The notes under the pieces were generated by a model, which was not told where the DNA came from, ran no database searches, and saw only the letters and a program-made list of their open reading frames with translations. Both the position numbers and the translations under genes were made by a program. From Histomonas meleagridis 2922-C6/04-290x (Eukaryota; Protista; Parabasalia), in the NCBI GenBank assembly GCA_020184695.1, contig JAANOX010000156.1, positions 58,855 through 122,854 on the forward strand: 64,000 nt of DNA, in the 5' to 3' direction. Within the stretch, counting starts at the first letter, position 1. Each line of letters starts with the position of its first letter. Of this stretch, positions 23,062-35,666 are shown one piece after another.

Positions 23062-23847
23062 ATTAATCCATGAGAAACCGTTTTATGAGATGGAAGGGGT
23101 GCCCCCTATATCTGGTCGAACAGATATAATTTAATTTTAATACATTTGGAAATGAAATAAAATTCATGAATGTACAATTTACATTTTTTTATAGCAGTAA
23201 AGTGTATTATATTGTTTTGATGAAATTAATAATTAAACTTGTTGAATTCGATAAGAATCTGATGTTTGATATGCAAAATACGCAAAATACTCTTTGAAGT
23301 CAAATGAACCAAGATTAATATCTCTATCAGGCAATCCAATCTTTCTACTCTTTTAACTTCGAATCTTGATTTTTATTAGTTGTTTCATTAAAATTTAATT
23401 ATCATAATTTATAAAGAACATTATTAAATAATCGAAAATTAATTTATGCTTTTATTCAATCTAGGATTTATTTTTGCCTAAGACTATTCATTTAAAATGT
23501 TCTGAGATTGAACAAAAATATATTCATAATATTTTTCAATTCGACAAAAAATTAAAAAAAAATTGTGTACATAAATTCCCAAAAATCAGTGAGCTCACTG
23601 AGCGTATTTGAATAAACCATTCAATTTCAAGAATTAAATGAAGGAAGAGTGAAATTTTCTTGATTCAAATAGTTATTGATACCAAAGGTGAATACATCCA
23701 CTAAAGAAAGGTCATCAATAATTGGAAGAAGAATAATGAATAGAGCAGCATGAGTTAGTTATGCTCCTTGCATTCAATCGTTATATTTAACGATATAATT
23801 TCAGCTGAAAACTGATACAATATTTAGCAATACATTTAATATTTTAC

Positions 23848-25113
23848 TCATTTTTTGACAAAAGCTTTTCCAGTATAAAAGTCATATACTCTCACGAACG
23901 ATCCCATATTTGTTATCAGTCTTTCTCCGTCGAATACGACTTGTTTCACGGGCCCTATTTCGCCTCTTTTTCTCTGCGCTATTGAGCCGCACAACACATT
24001 TCTCACTTCGCTGACGTTTGGTTCGTTCTCCGTCGGCGCCTTCAAAATTTTCACGTTATAATCCGCTGCTACAGCCACGTAACCATTCATTGATGATGAG
24101 TCGATACTTTTAATTCCTTCGTGCTCAGTGAACATAAACGTTGCGACTTCTTCGTGTTTTTGATAATTATAAAACAGTAATGAACGTCGTTCACTTCCAA
24201 TTATTGCGATTTTGTTATCATAAATAGATCCGCAAACTGGATTATAAACATCGGATTTAGATACACATTTCCCATTCATTAAATTAATTATATGATTACC
24301 ACAAAGTGCAAATTTTTCTTTGATATTAAATGAACAAAATGGAATTTCTTTGTTGGTGGAATAACTCCATAAAACTGGACCACGAGGATTACGAACATCA
24401 TGAGCAGAGATATCTTCTGAGCCGGCAATGAATATGGTGGAACCTTCATGTGAAGTTTCGAGAATATTGGAATTATGATAAAATTCACATCTTGTATCAC
24501 AGCCTTCACGAATGTCATAAACACAGCATTTGCCTTTGTTGATGATCGCAAACAAATCGGATGAAATTGGCTGAATATGTGGATGTGATCCGGTTTCAAT
24601 ATTATAAAATGTATTTTTTTGAGTTTGAAGATCTATAATGGCTAAATTGTTAACGCCTACTGAAAGAATAGATTGGGAATCTAAAAAGACAAAATCTTGA
24701 TTTTCAATTGGGATGTGATACAATTCTTCATACTTACATTCATTTTCTTGATATTCATAAGCATTAAGGAAAATAGAACTACTGGTATTATATGCAAAAG
24801 CATTCATTAGTGATCTAACTTTAATTATATCTTTTTGAACAAAAGATTTAACTTTAGGTTTATGAGTTCGTATATTATTTATAATGGAATATCGTTTAGA
24901 AAATATTGAAATCCAATTTGTGGTGTGGTTGGGCTGATGTAGTTGAAAAGTTGTTGGTGGAAATTGATGAATATAAATATCTTTCCAAAGAGCCTGTGAT
25001 GTACACGTTTTAGACATATCGTTATTTACGTATGACAGTGATGATATCTTATCTGGGGGAAGCATTGAAATTGTATCGAAAAGGCAAACAGGTGGTAAAT
25101 TCCCAAGGTTCAT
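23848..25113 (-). CDS. F-box / WD40-like propeller protein
   Basis: N-terminal LGNLPPVCLFDTISMLPPDKISSLSYVN...SQALWKDIY F-box; C-terminal VYDIR, HDVR, VRVYDF propeller strands. Confidence 0.75.
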   Translation of the reverse strand: MNLGNLPPVCLFDTISMLPPDKISSLSYVNNDMSKTCTSQALWKDIYIHQFPPTTFQLHQPNHTTNWISIFSKRYSIINNIRTHKPKVKSFVQKDIIKVRSLMNAFAYNTSSSIFLNAYEYQENECKYEELYHIPIENQDFVFLDSQSILSVGVNNLAIIDLQTQKNTFYNIETGSHPHIQPISSDLFAIINKGKCCVYDIREGCDTRCEFYHNSNILETSHEGSTIFIAGSEDISAHDVRNPRGPVLWSYSTNKEIPFCSFNIKEKFALCGNHIINLMNGKCVSKSDVYNPVCGSIYDNKIAIIGSERRSLLFYNYQKHEEVATFMFTEHEGIKSIDSSSMNGYVAVAADYNVKILKAPTENEPNVSEVRNVLCGSIAQRKRGEIGPVKQVVFDGERLITNMGSFVRVYDFYTGKAFVKK

Positions 25114-25726
25114 TTTTTAAAAAAGTGCCAAGAATTAATTTTCTAAAAAATAAACGGTGTCAAACAACATTTGCTCGATCAATTTTTAAAAATTTGGAAA
25201 TTATCATAATGTTCCATGCATACTTCAAGTAGGAATATTATATGCTGTTTAACTGATAATTTAGATTTTTATCATTTTCCATTATAACACATTTAAATCC
25301 TGCTAATTTATACTGAAATTTATTCTAAAAAACTTTTATTTTTACATAAAGAAAAAAATGAGATTGTATACTATAAAAATAATAAGTGAAACAAAATAAA
25401 ATTACTAAATCATTATATTAATTTTATTTTAATATCTCATTGTAAAAAAGAAAAAGAATTTCGAAATATATGTTCACAGTTTGTATAAAAATCCATTCTG
25501 GAATTTTGGTTCCATTGTAAATGGAATTTCGAAGATTCAATGATTAAATTTGAACAAATTTTTTCTAATATAAAACATGTTGTGTTTGTTATGTTTTGTA
25601 GTACCCGCAAATAAATTGATATTTGGTATAGTTTTTAAGGTAATATATTGATATTTGGAAAAAAAAAACGAACAGGCTTTCTAAATTTTGAAAGTACGAT
25701 CAAATTTTGGGGCACCCGGTATACTA

Positions 25727-28700
25727 ATGGAATTAACAGATGGTCTTTTGTTTAATCTTTATTCTCAACTTCGCGATCCAAGTGGCACAAGGGCCAGCAT
25801 AGCATCACAACAACTTGAAGAGATATATAAAATTCCAGCTTCTATTAATAATTTATATTCAATTTTAATGAATCAAACAGACATTATATTACAACAATAT
25901 GCCATTTGTGGAATTGGTAGTTATATAGCATTTCATAAAACTAATATATCAAAAGAAATTATTGATGCAATTATAAAACTTTCCATCATGAAACTATCAA
26001 AAGAACCTACAAGTAGTACCAGTAATCTTCTTATCAAATTAGTTGTATCAATTTCCAAAATATGGAATAATGAATGGTCTGAGTATGAAAATTTTATTCT
26101 TAATTCATTACCATTAGAAATTTTAATTAAACTTCTAACGGAAATTATTCATGAACTTCCTTCTTCTAACATTGCGCAAAAGATGACAGATTATTATCCC
26201 TTAATTCAAAAAGCATTTTCTACAGATAGTATCGAACTTAATCTAATTGCGACCACATTTTTATGTCAATTAATAATTATTAATCCCAACGAACAAGTCA
26301 TTGAAACTTTTCGACCACGTCTTATACAACTTTTTGAGCAAATTGAGTCATTACAAAATTATGATTTTATCAACAGATTTTTATTATCAATTTCTGATGT
26401 CTTAGAGAAAGACATTGTTTTAATTCCATTTTCCAATGTTCTTAACATTGTATTAACCATTTTATCCAGTAACACATCCACTAACATCAAATATCGAAAC
26501 AATTCATTTTTATCGATATATATCACAAATTTTAATGAAGAATTACCATTTGATTTTTTAGTTAATTTACTTAAATTAGAAATGGACTTAATAACACAAT
26601 TTTGTGTCTTTAATAATGAAGATCCAGATTTATTATGGATCATCGAATGTGAACAAATGTTTCATGGGATATTTCAACGATTTTCGAAAGAGAACATAAT
26701 TAATATTTCATTAAGTTATTTTAATGAATTTTATAAAAGTGAAATAGCAGAACAACGATTTGCTATTTTAGAGATGATGATGTGTTCCATCACAATAATT
26801 CCGACTGCATTTGAAGATTATATTCCAAATATATTATCTCTTTTTGTTGCACTCTTAAAAGATCCATATAAATATACTCGAATAATTTCATGTTTAAATT
26901 TAACAGATATTATTAAATTTTATCCTGAAATAATTACAGAGAATATACAATTCTTAACACAAGAAGTTATGCAATTTTGTATGAATGAAGATTTAAATTT
27001 AGGTTCTACATTATTAAAATCAATTGTTTCAACATGTTTAAATTCAGATGAAATCTTTGAAATGATTTTACCATTTATTCTTGAATTAACAAAATATTCT
27101 GATTCGATAATATCAGATAATGCGATAACTATTATTAAGAAATTAATAGAAACATCACAAACTAAAATCGAGAAATTCTCAAAAAATATATATTTAATGT
27201 TTTATCAACGAATTATAGAAACCAAATTAAATCAACCAGAATTATTAAGTATATTAAGTAAACTTTTAATAGTTGATAATGAACAACTTAAAGAATTTAT
27301 ACCAAATTTCATTAATTTAGTTTGTGAAGGATTACAATTACATCAATATACAATATTATTTTCTATCTCTAATCCAATGTTAATAATTTTCCGAGATTTT
27401 CCAGATGAATTATTAGAACAAAAATTATTTCCATTATTAAATGATATTTCAAACATTAAATATGATGAAACTAATCAAGATGAAATTATATATTCAAGTA
27501 ACGCATTATTTATCATGTCATTAATATATCAAAAATTAAAGAAAATCGAATATTTACAAATAATATTAAATACATTAATGAAACATATCTTTTATCCTAT
27601 TCCTTATTCATTAGTATTATGTGCACAAACAATGCAAGTCATACAAAAAGAATCGCAACATATTTCTCAATCACAAATTTATATGGGACAATTTGAGAAG
27701 ATAATTGAAATATTCATTGATAAATTATCTAATTTTCATCAATATGATTATTATGTATTAATCGAAATATTAAAATCATTATCATCGATATCAAAGAATT
27801 CCGGAATTATATTATTTCGGAAAGAAGTATTTAAACTTATCAAAATTTTTGAAGAAATTATTAATGATCTTATACAACCAAATGGTGAAACATTTTTAAC
27901 ACATGAAAAAATATTAATACCAATTTCTGAAATTATAATAAGTATTTCATTTTCACCTGATTATAATCCAAATGAAATATTAGGAATCATTTTACCATTT
28001 TTAAATAATTGTATTACTGATAAATCAATACATTTACAAGCATTCTCGATAATTATATATGGAGAATTAATATCGAAAAATCAAATTCCTGATCCACAAA
28101 AAATGGAAATTATTAAATTTGTGTTTTCTCGTATTCTGAATGAAATACCAAATGTTTCACAAATATCAGTTGACTTTGTATCTATTTTATGTTCGAATGA
28201 AGAAAGTCGTTCTATCATTGAAGGGTTTGAAATCTTATCGATGTTATTACAACGATTAAAATTAATAACGCAAAACAATGCGTCGAATATTAAATTAAGT
28301 GAACATATCATTAATGCTATAGTATCTTTAGGACAATTTGTTCTATTGGAAAATTTCCCATTCGATATTGTATTACCTGAAATATTTGCACATTTACCAT
28401 TAACTTTCGAATATAAATTTAACAAACGAATTTATAATTATATAATTTCAATATTCCATAAAATTCCTCAAAATTTGTTGGAAAAATTCGTAATAATATT
28501 CGTGAAGTTGTTGGCAAGATCGGAATACCAATTAAGGAATTTGGAAATTAATGACGAAATTTTAATAACGTCAATCATTGTGAAGTTGGAGGAATGTTTG
28601 TCAAAAATTAATAACAGAGAAAAAGTTATCGAACAAATTTTGGGAGGAGACCAATATAAAATCGAATGCTTCTATAACACTTGTCAAATGTATAACTCGT

Positions 28701-28774
28701 GGAAAGACTTCTTGTCGGGTGCAGGGCTGAATATGATGCAGTGTATAGATATGACACCGATCGAAATAGATTGA
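25727..28774 (+). CDS. Importin-beta family HEAT-repeat protein (importin-4/Kap123-like)
   Basis: About 1015 aa from first ATG. IBN_N-like start (ASQQLEEIYKIPASINNLYSIL...QQYAI), HEAT repeats, late AIVSLG and HLPLTFE motifs. Confidence 0.65.
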   Translation: MELTDGLLFNLYSQLRDPSGTRASIASQQLEEIYKIPASINNLYSILMNQTDIILQQYAICGIGSYIAFHKTNISKEIIDAIIKLSIMKLSKEPTSSTSNLLIKLVVSISKIWNNEWSEYENFILNSLPLEILIKLLTEIIHELPSSNIAQKMTDYYPLIQKAFSTDSIELNLIATTFLCQLIIINPNEQVIETFRPRLIQLFEQIESLQNYDFINRFLLSISDVLEKDIVLIPFSNVLNIVLTILSSNTSTNIKYRNNSFLSIYITNFNEELPFDFLVNLLKLEMDLITQFCVFNNEDPDLLWIIECEQMFHGIFQRFSKENIINISLSYFNEFYKSEIAEQRFAILEMMMCSITIIPTAFEDYIPNILSLFVALLKDPYKYTRIISCLNLTDIIKFYPEIITENIQFLTQEVMQFCMNEDLNLGSTLLKSIVSTCLNSDEIFEMILPFILELTKYSDSIISDNAITIIKKLIETSQTKIEKFSKNIYLMFYQRIIETKLNQPELLSILSKLLIVDNEQLKEFIPNFINLVCEGLQLHQYTILFSISNPMLIIFRDFPDELLEQKLFPLLNDISNIKYDETNQDEIIYSSNALFIMSLIYQKLKKIEYLQIILNTLMKHIFYPIPYSLVLCAQTMQVIQKESQHISQSQIYMGQFEKIIEIFIDKLSNFHQYDYYVLIEILKSLSSISKNSGIILFRKEVFKLIKIFEEIINDLIQPNGETFLTHEKILIPISEIIISISFSPDYNPNEILGIILPFLNNCITDKSIHLQAFSIIIYGELISKNQIPDPQKMEIIKFVFSRILNEIPNVSQISVDFVSILCSNEESRSIIEGFEILSMLLQRLKLITQNNASNIKLSEHIINAIVSLGQFVLLENFPFDIVLPEIFAHLPLTFEYKFNKRIYNYIISIFHKIPQNLLEKFVIIFVKLLARSEYQLRNLEINDEILITSIIVKLEECLSKINNREKVIEQILGGDQYKIECFYNTCQMYNSWKDFLSGAGLNMMQCIDMTPIEID

Positions 28775-29591
28775 TCGAATGTTTGTAACAGTAAATGTGA
28801 AATAACTAATTCCGTTTTGTATTTGAACAGAATTATAATGAACAAAGTTAATCATTTAAAATTCATTCAAAATATATCGGAGCATAATGACATTAAAATT
28901 GGCTTTGCAGAAAAAGTTTAGTGAAATGATCATTCCATAAAAATATTTGTCCTGAAGAGGGAGAGGTGGAAAACGTCATAGGAAGGTTATGGGTGAAAAA
29001 TTTCGATAAATGAAATCGGATTTGAGAGGAAAAAGTTGATAGAGATAGATTTAATAAACTATTCAATTTTTCGAAAAAATAAGTTCAGGCCCGGGCTTAA
29101 ACATGAAGTATATGTATATGCTATAGCAAAATTGGCAATATTTATAAAAGTAAAAATGATGAAATAAACGAAAAAAAATCAGATAATTGTCAAATTAAAA
29201 CAAAATATTCAAGAAGTGCAAGAAACCATTTATAACATTTCATTGAATAATGATGTGTTACAGCAAGAAAATATTGACCTTCGAGAGATAATTCGGTTAA
29301 TTAAATATCAGTCTTCAATTATCAATTCCAATCTTGCTTTCACTAAAGAAAAAAATTTATCGTTCAGGTGACGAAAAATTATAAATCGAAGATTCTATAA
29401 ATAATATAAATTTTCAAACTTTTTTTATAGAATCTAAATTCTCATTGTAAAGTACTTCTTGATTGAATTCTTGAAGTTTGGATCATACACTAAGCTTAAC
29501 GTGTATAAGCAAAGTCTAGTGATCAAAGAAAATGAATTATTCTAGTGAACTCCATAATTATTCGAATGGTCAGACCGTTTATTAATTTTCA

Positions 29592-29880
29592 ATGTACTCC
29601 CAACTTAATGGCCTCTTATTACATGAATAATATAATAATATTCTACTAACTCTGGATCAAATTCCAGATTCATTGAACCGAATTTCAATAGCTTCCAATA
29701 TTTTAGGTTGTACAAAACAAACAATAAGGAATGCCATTCGTTGGAGATCTAACCCAGCGGTGCCAACCGAAGATGGATTTATATATAACCTGGTGAAACT
29801 AGTATCGATGTCACTCGACCAAGCACATCCTCCAAAGGTAATGATTTGGGGAGGAATTGGTTAACCAAAATCTTCCATAT
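29592..29880 (+). mobile_element. Internally deleted Tc1-family relic
   Basis: HTH-like ISIASNILGCTKQTIRNAI lies close to HPPKVMIWGGIG, a Tc1 DDE-region motif; multiple disablements. Confidence 0.55.
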
Positions 29881-30326
29881 TTTTTTAAATCGATAATTGA
29901 AATTTCGAGGAAAAGTGAGAACGATGAAAATTTTGAAACCTGTAAAACTTTCGAATTGAAAGTATTTAATTCAAATAAATTTGGAATCCATCATAGAATT
30001 ATCGGCAAAGTGTCTTACACAGTAGACCCTTGCTGTCAAGCAGTAACATTCACGAGTCGATTCAACTACTATAAAAATTCAGTATCAGGCCTTCCATAAA
30101 TACAACATTAGACATAAACTGGTTGTAAAAAAATTAGCAGCACTTTTAACGAATTGTTTTATTATTTATATTCTAAAAATTGTGAATTTAAGCAAAATTA
30201 AGATATGCAGCCATAAAAAAATAAATAAATTTTGTTATTATGAACATGTTGTGAAAGGCTGGTCTTTTGTGAATTTTTGTTTTTATTGACCGTTAACTCT
30301 GTCATAACTGCTCAAAATTTTCTATT

Positions 30327-30788
30327 ATGTGTAATTGCTCCAAAGATGGCACTCAATTAGAAAATATCGACAGAACAATAATGTCACAAAGCTCGGAGCA
30401 GATATTTGACTTATTTAAGAATGACGTCTTTATAACAATTTTCGATCCTGATTGGGATTCAATTTGGGAATCTGCAACATCTGCCCAAATTCTAAGTGAA
30501 TATAGAGAACAAATGGCGTCGGTCAGTAGGCACATCGAAAATAGCGAAGAATCAATTCGTCAACTCAATTCAGGCTGGAGAATTGATGGATTAGTTTCAT
30601 ATTGTCTTACTTGTCATTCGAGTCGTATTTATGTTTATCTCTTGGATGATGCACATCGTCTTGTTATTATTAACCGATATACCGACAGTTCATCTCTTTC
30701 AGATGATCCGAATTTCGATAAGACACTCAAATCAATTGTAAATAACATTCGCGAATCTATACTTTCACTTTCTAACTTTGAACAATAA
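30327..30788 (+). CDS. Hypothetical protein
   Basis: 153-aa ATG ORF with globular composition and a GACCGTTA motif at 30288-30295 upstream; no family recognised. Confidence 0.65.
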   Translation: MCNCSKDGTQLENIDRTIMSQSSEQIFDLFKNDVFITIFDPDWDSIWESATSAQILSEYREQMASVSRHIENSEESIRQLNSGWRIDGLVSYCLTCHSSRIYVYLLDDAHRLVIINRYTDSSSLSDDPNFDKTLKSIVNNIRESILSLSNFEQ

Positions 30789-31014
30789 ATAAATATTAAT
30801 ATGTTTCGAATTCATTTTTCCAAATTTTCTAGAAAAGCGTTTTTCTAATGTATACATTAATGCATTAATGCTTAGGTAGTTTATTATTGGTGGTAATATG
30901 TACTTATTACCAAAAGACTTAATTGGGCAGATACAATGTTTGTTGTATCCTGTGAACGATAATTTTCAATTGTTTACATAAAAATTGCTTGTTTAGTTCA
31001 ATTTTTTCTATGAG

Positions 31015-32064
31015 ATGTATGAAATTTTGGGGTGCACCAAACCATCAAAAGTAATGAAAACTGAAAGAGAAATCATGCAAGCAGGAGATACTTTCGATGA
31101 ATTTACAATCATTCAGCACGTTGGTAGTGGTGGCTTTGGTGATATTTATAAAGTCAAAAAATCTACTGATGAAGATTTTATCTGTGCTCTCAAAATCGAG
31201 AATAAAAAAGCTGGATATAAAAAGCAAGCCCTCCTTCATGAAGTTGAATTGTTTCGCAAAATAAACTCACCATATATTCCAAAATTCATCAAATTTGGTG
31301 AAAACCCAAAATATCGATATTTCTTCTTAGAACTTTGTGGGCCATCTATTTCTTCTCTTCGAAAAAAGCTTCCAGATCATAAGTATAGTTTATCCACAGT
31401 ATTACGATTAAGCATTGAAATGGTTCGTTGCATTGAATCCTTCCATTCATTTGGACTTCTCCATCGTGACATCAAACCCGGCAACTTTCTTATTCGCCCA
31501 AGTCTTTCATATCCACTTGCATTAATTGATTTTGGTCTTAGTCGGCCATATATCAATTCACGCACCAACGAACCCATTCCCCCGCGAATAAAACCCGGGT
31601 TTGTAGGCACTGAGCGGTATGGTTCACCTTATGCGCATCAAGGAATTGAACTTGGTCGGAGAGATGACATGTTCAGTTGGTTCTATTCCGTTATGGAAAT
31701 GTACAATGGTTCGCTTCCGTGGACAGAATTAGATGGCCAAGAAGTTGTTAAAGCGAAAGAGCATGCAAAAGTACTTGAAGCAATTGTTGGAATGCCGAAG
31801 CAAATGACAGAAATTTATCGATTAATACGAAGAATGAGAAGACAAGACAAGCCGAACTATGAGCTTATCATCTCGTTTTTGGTGGATGCAATGAATGAGT
31901 GCGGTGTGAAATGGGACGAGCCGTTCGATTGGGAAACGAAATTACAAGAAAATGAATTAAATGAAATTTCGTCAATATCTTTGAAGCCACCAGAAAATGA
32001 AGTCCCAAACATACCGAAAGATTTGCCTCCTCCAGTGCTACCACCAGTACAATCAAAGAAATGA
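31015..32064 (+). CDS. Casein kinase 1 / TTBK-family protein kinase
   Basis: GSGGFG, ALKIE, HRDIKPGNFL, DFGLSR, GFVGTERYGS (no APE), RRDDMFSW. Confidence 0.93.
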   Translation: MYEILGCTKPSKVMKTEREIMQAGDTFDEFTIIQHVGSGGFGDIYKVKKSTDEDFICALKIENKKAGYKKQALLHEVELFRKINSPYIPKFIKFGENPKYRYFFLELCGPSISSLRKKLPDHKYSLSTVLRLSIEMVRCIESFHSFGLLHRDIKPGNFLIRPSLSYPLALIDFGLSRPYINSRTNEPIPPRIKPGFVGTERYGSPYAHQGIELGRRDDMFSWFYSVMEMYNGSLPWTELDGQEVVKAKEHAKVLEAIVGMPKQMTEIYRLIRRMRRQDKPNYELIISFLVDAMNECGVKWDEPFDWETKLQENELNEISSISLKPPENEVPNIPKDLPPPVLPPVQSKK

Positions 32065-32569
32065 TTTTATCTAATAAATATTTTTTAAAGTTGTAAATAT
32101 TTAATAAACGACAAATTCATGTGTTCATATGAAAAAAATTTTTTTGGATGGATATATCATCATTCAACTTAATTTTTGCGTATAACTTTGTTATGGAAAA
32201 GATTAGACTTAATAGATCAGTAGAATAGAACTTTACTTGCTAGCAAATTTCAAAAGTTCATGCCTTTAATTCTAAACATAAATAGATATGGCGTTCGCTA
32301 AGAAAAAAGAAATAATAATCTTCTTAATGTTAATCTATTCACATGGAAAAAAATCAAAATAATTGAATTTTAAGAAATAATATATATTTTTAAACGTGAT
32401 TTGAATACATAAGTTTATATCATTTAATTATATAATTATAAAGCGTCTTACAGTGCGATTGTAATATTATAGTGATTTTTTATTCAATTAATTGAAAAAA
32501 TGTGTTAGAGCTTTACTATAGTATACTTTATTATTTTGAAATTTTTTTGCAACATCATTTAAATAAATA

Positions 32570-33064
32570 ATGAGTCAAAGAAAAGCAAAACCTCATATAC
32601 GAGCTAAGTTCAGTCAAGAAGAAGATGAACTTTTACTCCAACTAATTGGAGATCAAGAATACCCTGATTGGAGTCAAATTGCAAAACATTTTCCTGCTAA
32701 GAGTCCAAGACAATGTCGAGAAAGATATAAAAATTATATTAATCCTTCTTTAAATCGGACTCCATGGTTACCAGAAGAAGATGAAATTTTATTAATGAAA
32801 CATAGTGAAATAGGTCCAAAGTGGGCTCAAATAGCATCGTTTTTGCATGGTAGAACAGATGTAAGTGTTAAAAATCGTTATCATTCATTAATCCGCCATA
32901 AAAATCAATTAACGACAAAAGTTCCAAAAAGAATATCAACGAAAATCGATACTGATATTATTGAGAAATTTTTTCAAAGTATTTCTTTAGAGGAATCATT
33001 GTTTTCCTTTATTTCAGATTCTGATTCTTATAGTGATCTAAGTCATAAAAGATTTCCACAATAA
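32570..33064 (+). CDS. R2R3-type Myb DNA-binding protein
   Basis: FSQEEDELL...W...RQCRERYKNY; WLPEEDEIL...GPKWAQIA...RTDVSVKNRY. Confidence 0.93.
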   Translation: MSQRKAKPHIRAKFSQEEDELLLQLIGDQEYPDWSQIAKHFPAKSPRQCRERYKNYINPSLNRTPWLPEEDEILLMKHSEIGPKWAQIASFLHGRTDVSVKNRYHSLIRHKNQLTTKVPKRISTKIDTDIIEKFFQSISLEESLFSFISDSDSYSDLSHKRFPQ

Positions 33065-33151
33065 AATGAAACATTAATTTTAAAAATTTTATATTAAAAA
33101 ATGAATAAAAAATGAATTATTTATTTATATTATTATTACTCACATTTTCAT

Positions 33152-34606
33152 TCATTCTTCTAGTGCTGATTCTTCAATAGACATTGAGTAAAAAGCAGCT
33201 GCTATTTCTCCTTTCAATTTGAAAGCCTTTTCTTTCACTGCGTTATATTCGGACTCAATGCAATCATCGATGAGGTTTGTGATGTCGACATTATTAAAGA
33301 ATTGTGCCACGTGTTTCCAATGATTTACTATCACAGTTTTCATTATGTTAATCAAACAATCCAAGCACTCAGTTGTGGTGTCATCTTCACCAGGGTCTAT
33401 CGAGTCAATTATATTACAAAGTAGCGACGGCTGTATGAATTCAGAAAGAAATTCCAAATCGCCATATTCAAGAACTTTTTTCATTATGCGAAGAGATGCG
33501 ACTTTTACTCGATGGCTTCCCTCAAATGAGTCTTTTATGATCTGTTTAGGTAGTTCTTGATCAACAAGAGCTGGAACTAACCAATCGCGATAAGGATCAA
33601 AAAGTTTATATAATAGTTTATAAAGTGCAGCCTTTGTAACCTCTGAGTTCACGTTATCTTGTATCCCTTTAAATACATTCTCTGGAATGATACTATTAAA
33701 AAGATCTTCACAAATATCTTTTTGATCATTAGTACTAAGGATTTTGGTGAAAAGTTTAGCAACATAATGCGTAACTTCCGAAAGAGCTTGTTCATTTAAT
33801 CTTCCACGTATGGAAGGAGTGGGATTTATATATTTCATACAGACATCAGTCAGAAACTTAGAATCTTTCAAAATAGAAAAAATTATTAATGTGTACTGTT
33901 TGAGACCGTTTATTAGCATTGAAAATAAATATTTTGGATTGGTGAAATAGGGATCAAAATGGTTCATCGCAAACAAGAGAAATGATTGATTATATTCATC
34001 ATAATTGGAGTTAGTAACAATGTTAAAACATATCGTATGTGAAATGTTGAGGAATTCATCCTTCATTTCAACAAACGATTCTAGCATATCAGTATTTATA
34101 TCAAAACGATAATAAATACCAAGCTTGGAGAGATCACACATAATGTAACCAATTGATATTAGTAGGTTTTTGGTTATATTTTGTGATATGGGATTTTGAA
34201 TCATTTGATTGAGACATTGTACAACTCCATTTTCATAAAAGAACTTTGTAATAAATGTATCATCACATGAAAGAAAAGAAGAAACCAGACTAACAATCTT
34301 GGATAAGGGCTGAATACCCTCAAATGAATTAAACATTTTTAATTTTGTTGAGATAAAATTAACAAATCCGTTTTGCATTATATGACAAAAAAGCTGTTTT
34401 ACATTTGCATCTAGCATAACTTTGATGATTTTTGTTGATTCTTTTAAAAGGTTTAAATCAAAGTTTTCAAAAGATTGGTAAATATTTTCAATATTTTGAT
34501 TAACAACATTAATACAGTCATTTATATTTAAGTTTGAAGTGTTTATTATTGAACCGATTCGTTGTTTATGAGAGCTTTTGCTCAGGGCTTTGTAGCTGCA
34601 TTCCAT
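33152..34606 (-). CDS. ARM-repeat protein (importin-alpha-like fold)
   Basis: 484-aa helical ORF with ARM-like segments (ENGVVQCLNQMI, LLISIGYI, KVASLRIMKKV). Confidence 0.5.
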   Translation of the reverse strand: MECSYKALSKSSHKQRIGSIINTSNLNINDCINVVNQNIENIYQSFENFDLNLLKESTKIIKVMLDANVKQLFCHIMQNGFVNFISTKLKMFNSFEGIQPLSKIVSLVSSFLSCDDTFITKFFYENGVVQCLNQMIQNPISQNITKNLLISIGYIMCDLSKLGIYYRFDINTDMLESFVEMKDEFLNISHTICFNIVTNSNYDEYNQSFLLFAMNHFDPYFTNPKYLFSMLINGLKQYTLIIFSILKDSKFLTDVCMKYINPTPSIRGRLNEQALSEVTHYVAKLFTKILSTNDQKDICEDLFNSIIPENVFKGIQDNVNSEVTKAALYKLLYKLFDPYRDWLVPALVDQELPKQIIKDSFEGSHRVKVASLRIMKKVLEYGDLEFLSEFIQPSLLCNIIDSIDPGEDDTTTECLDCLINIMKTVIVNHWKHVAQFFNNVDITNLIDDCIESEYNAVKEKAFKLKGEIAAAFYSMSIEESALEE

Positions 34607-34667
34607 AGAACATGTTTAAACAAAGCTTCTCAAAAATCTATTCGAGTTAACGTCTTAAGTTCTCACA

Positions 34668-35666
34668 ATGATCCGAACAGAGTCTGTGAATTTATGGTCA
34701 TTGGTAAAAATGGATAATCAAAAGCCAATGGATGCCCAAAAAATTGAAAAATTAGTGGCTAAATTCCAGGAAAACCTCAGTAACTCAAATAATTCTGTTG
34801 GTGTCGCTGTAATCAAGACTCTTACAAATGCCATTGAAGAGTCCACAGCCGACACATTTATGGGCGTTGATATCCAAATTAGTGATGTTATTAAAGCTAT
34901 TAAAATGGCCTATCCTAAACTTCCAATTCATTTTTATGGTGCTGCACAAGTTTTCCGTGCAGGTATGTCAAAGGCCAGTGACACGCATTCTAAAGGCAAT
35001 TGGAAAGCTCTTTTTATTGAGCATGCTCGACAAACAGCACTTGAAGCTGAAAAAGTTCTTCGTTTAATTCCACAAGTTTCAACCGAATTTCTTCAACACG
35101 GGATGACTATTCTTACCAACGGCTATGATCAAATGGTACAATCAGCATTAAAAGTTGCAGCATCAGATGGACGAAATTTCCATGTTGTCATAACCGAAGG
35201 TCGACCACGGGATGATGGTGTTAAAATGGCGTTATCTCTTAAGCATCCAAATCTTAAAGTCACAGTCATACCCGACTCAGCTGTTGGATTATGGATGAGT
35301 AAAGCACATGTAGTCCTTGTAGGAACAGACTTAGTTCTTGAAGACGGAGGGCTCCTTGCACCCGTTGGCACATCTAATCTTTGTACACTTGCGTATACGC
35401 ATCGAAAACCTGTGTATTGCTTATGTGAAACATTTAAATTCATGCGAAAATATATCATTGGCACAGACGACATCCAAGAGTACCAAAGGCAATGCGACTA
35501 CAAGCCAACAGGCGCTGGAAATGAGTCTTTGCAAGATATAGAAATAGACGCACCGGAATTCGATTTTACGCCCGCAAAGTTCATAACTTTGTTGCTGACA
35601 GAAAAAGGGCCAATGCCTCCAAGCGCTGTTACACATGAATTAACGAAGTTACTCGGTGTGTCTTAA
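34668..35666 (+). CDS. EIF2B1: Translation initiation factor eIF2B alpha subunit (IF-2B family)
   Basis: TILTNGY, VVITEGRP, VIPDSAVG, VLVGTD...GGLLAPVGT, PVYCLCETFKF, FDFTPAKFITLLLTEKG. Confidence 0.85.
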   Translation: MIRTESVNLWSLVKMDNQKPMDAQKIEKLVAKFQENLSNSNNSVGVAVIKTLTNAIEESTADTFMGVDIQISDVIKAIKMAYPKLPIHFYGAAQVFRAGMSKASDTHSKGNWKALFIEHARQTALEAEKVLRLIPQVSTEFLQHGMTILTNGYDQMVQSALKVAASDGRNFHVVITEGRPRDDGVKMALSLKHPNLKVTVIPDSAVGLWMSKAHVVLVGTDLVLEDGGLLAPVGTSNLCTLAYTHRKPVYCLCETFKFMRKYIIGTDDIQEYQRQCDYKPTGAGNESLQDIEIDAPEFDFTPAKFITLLLTEKGPMPPSAVTHELTKLLGVS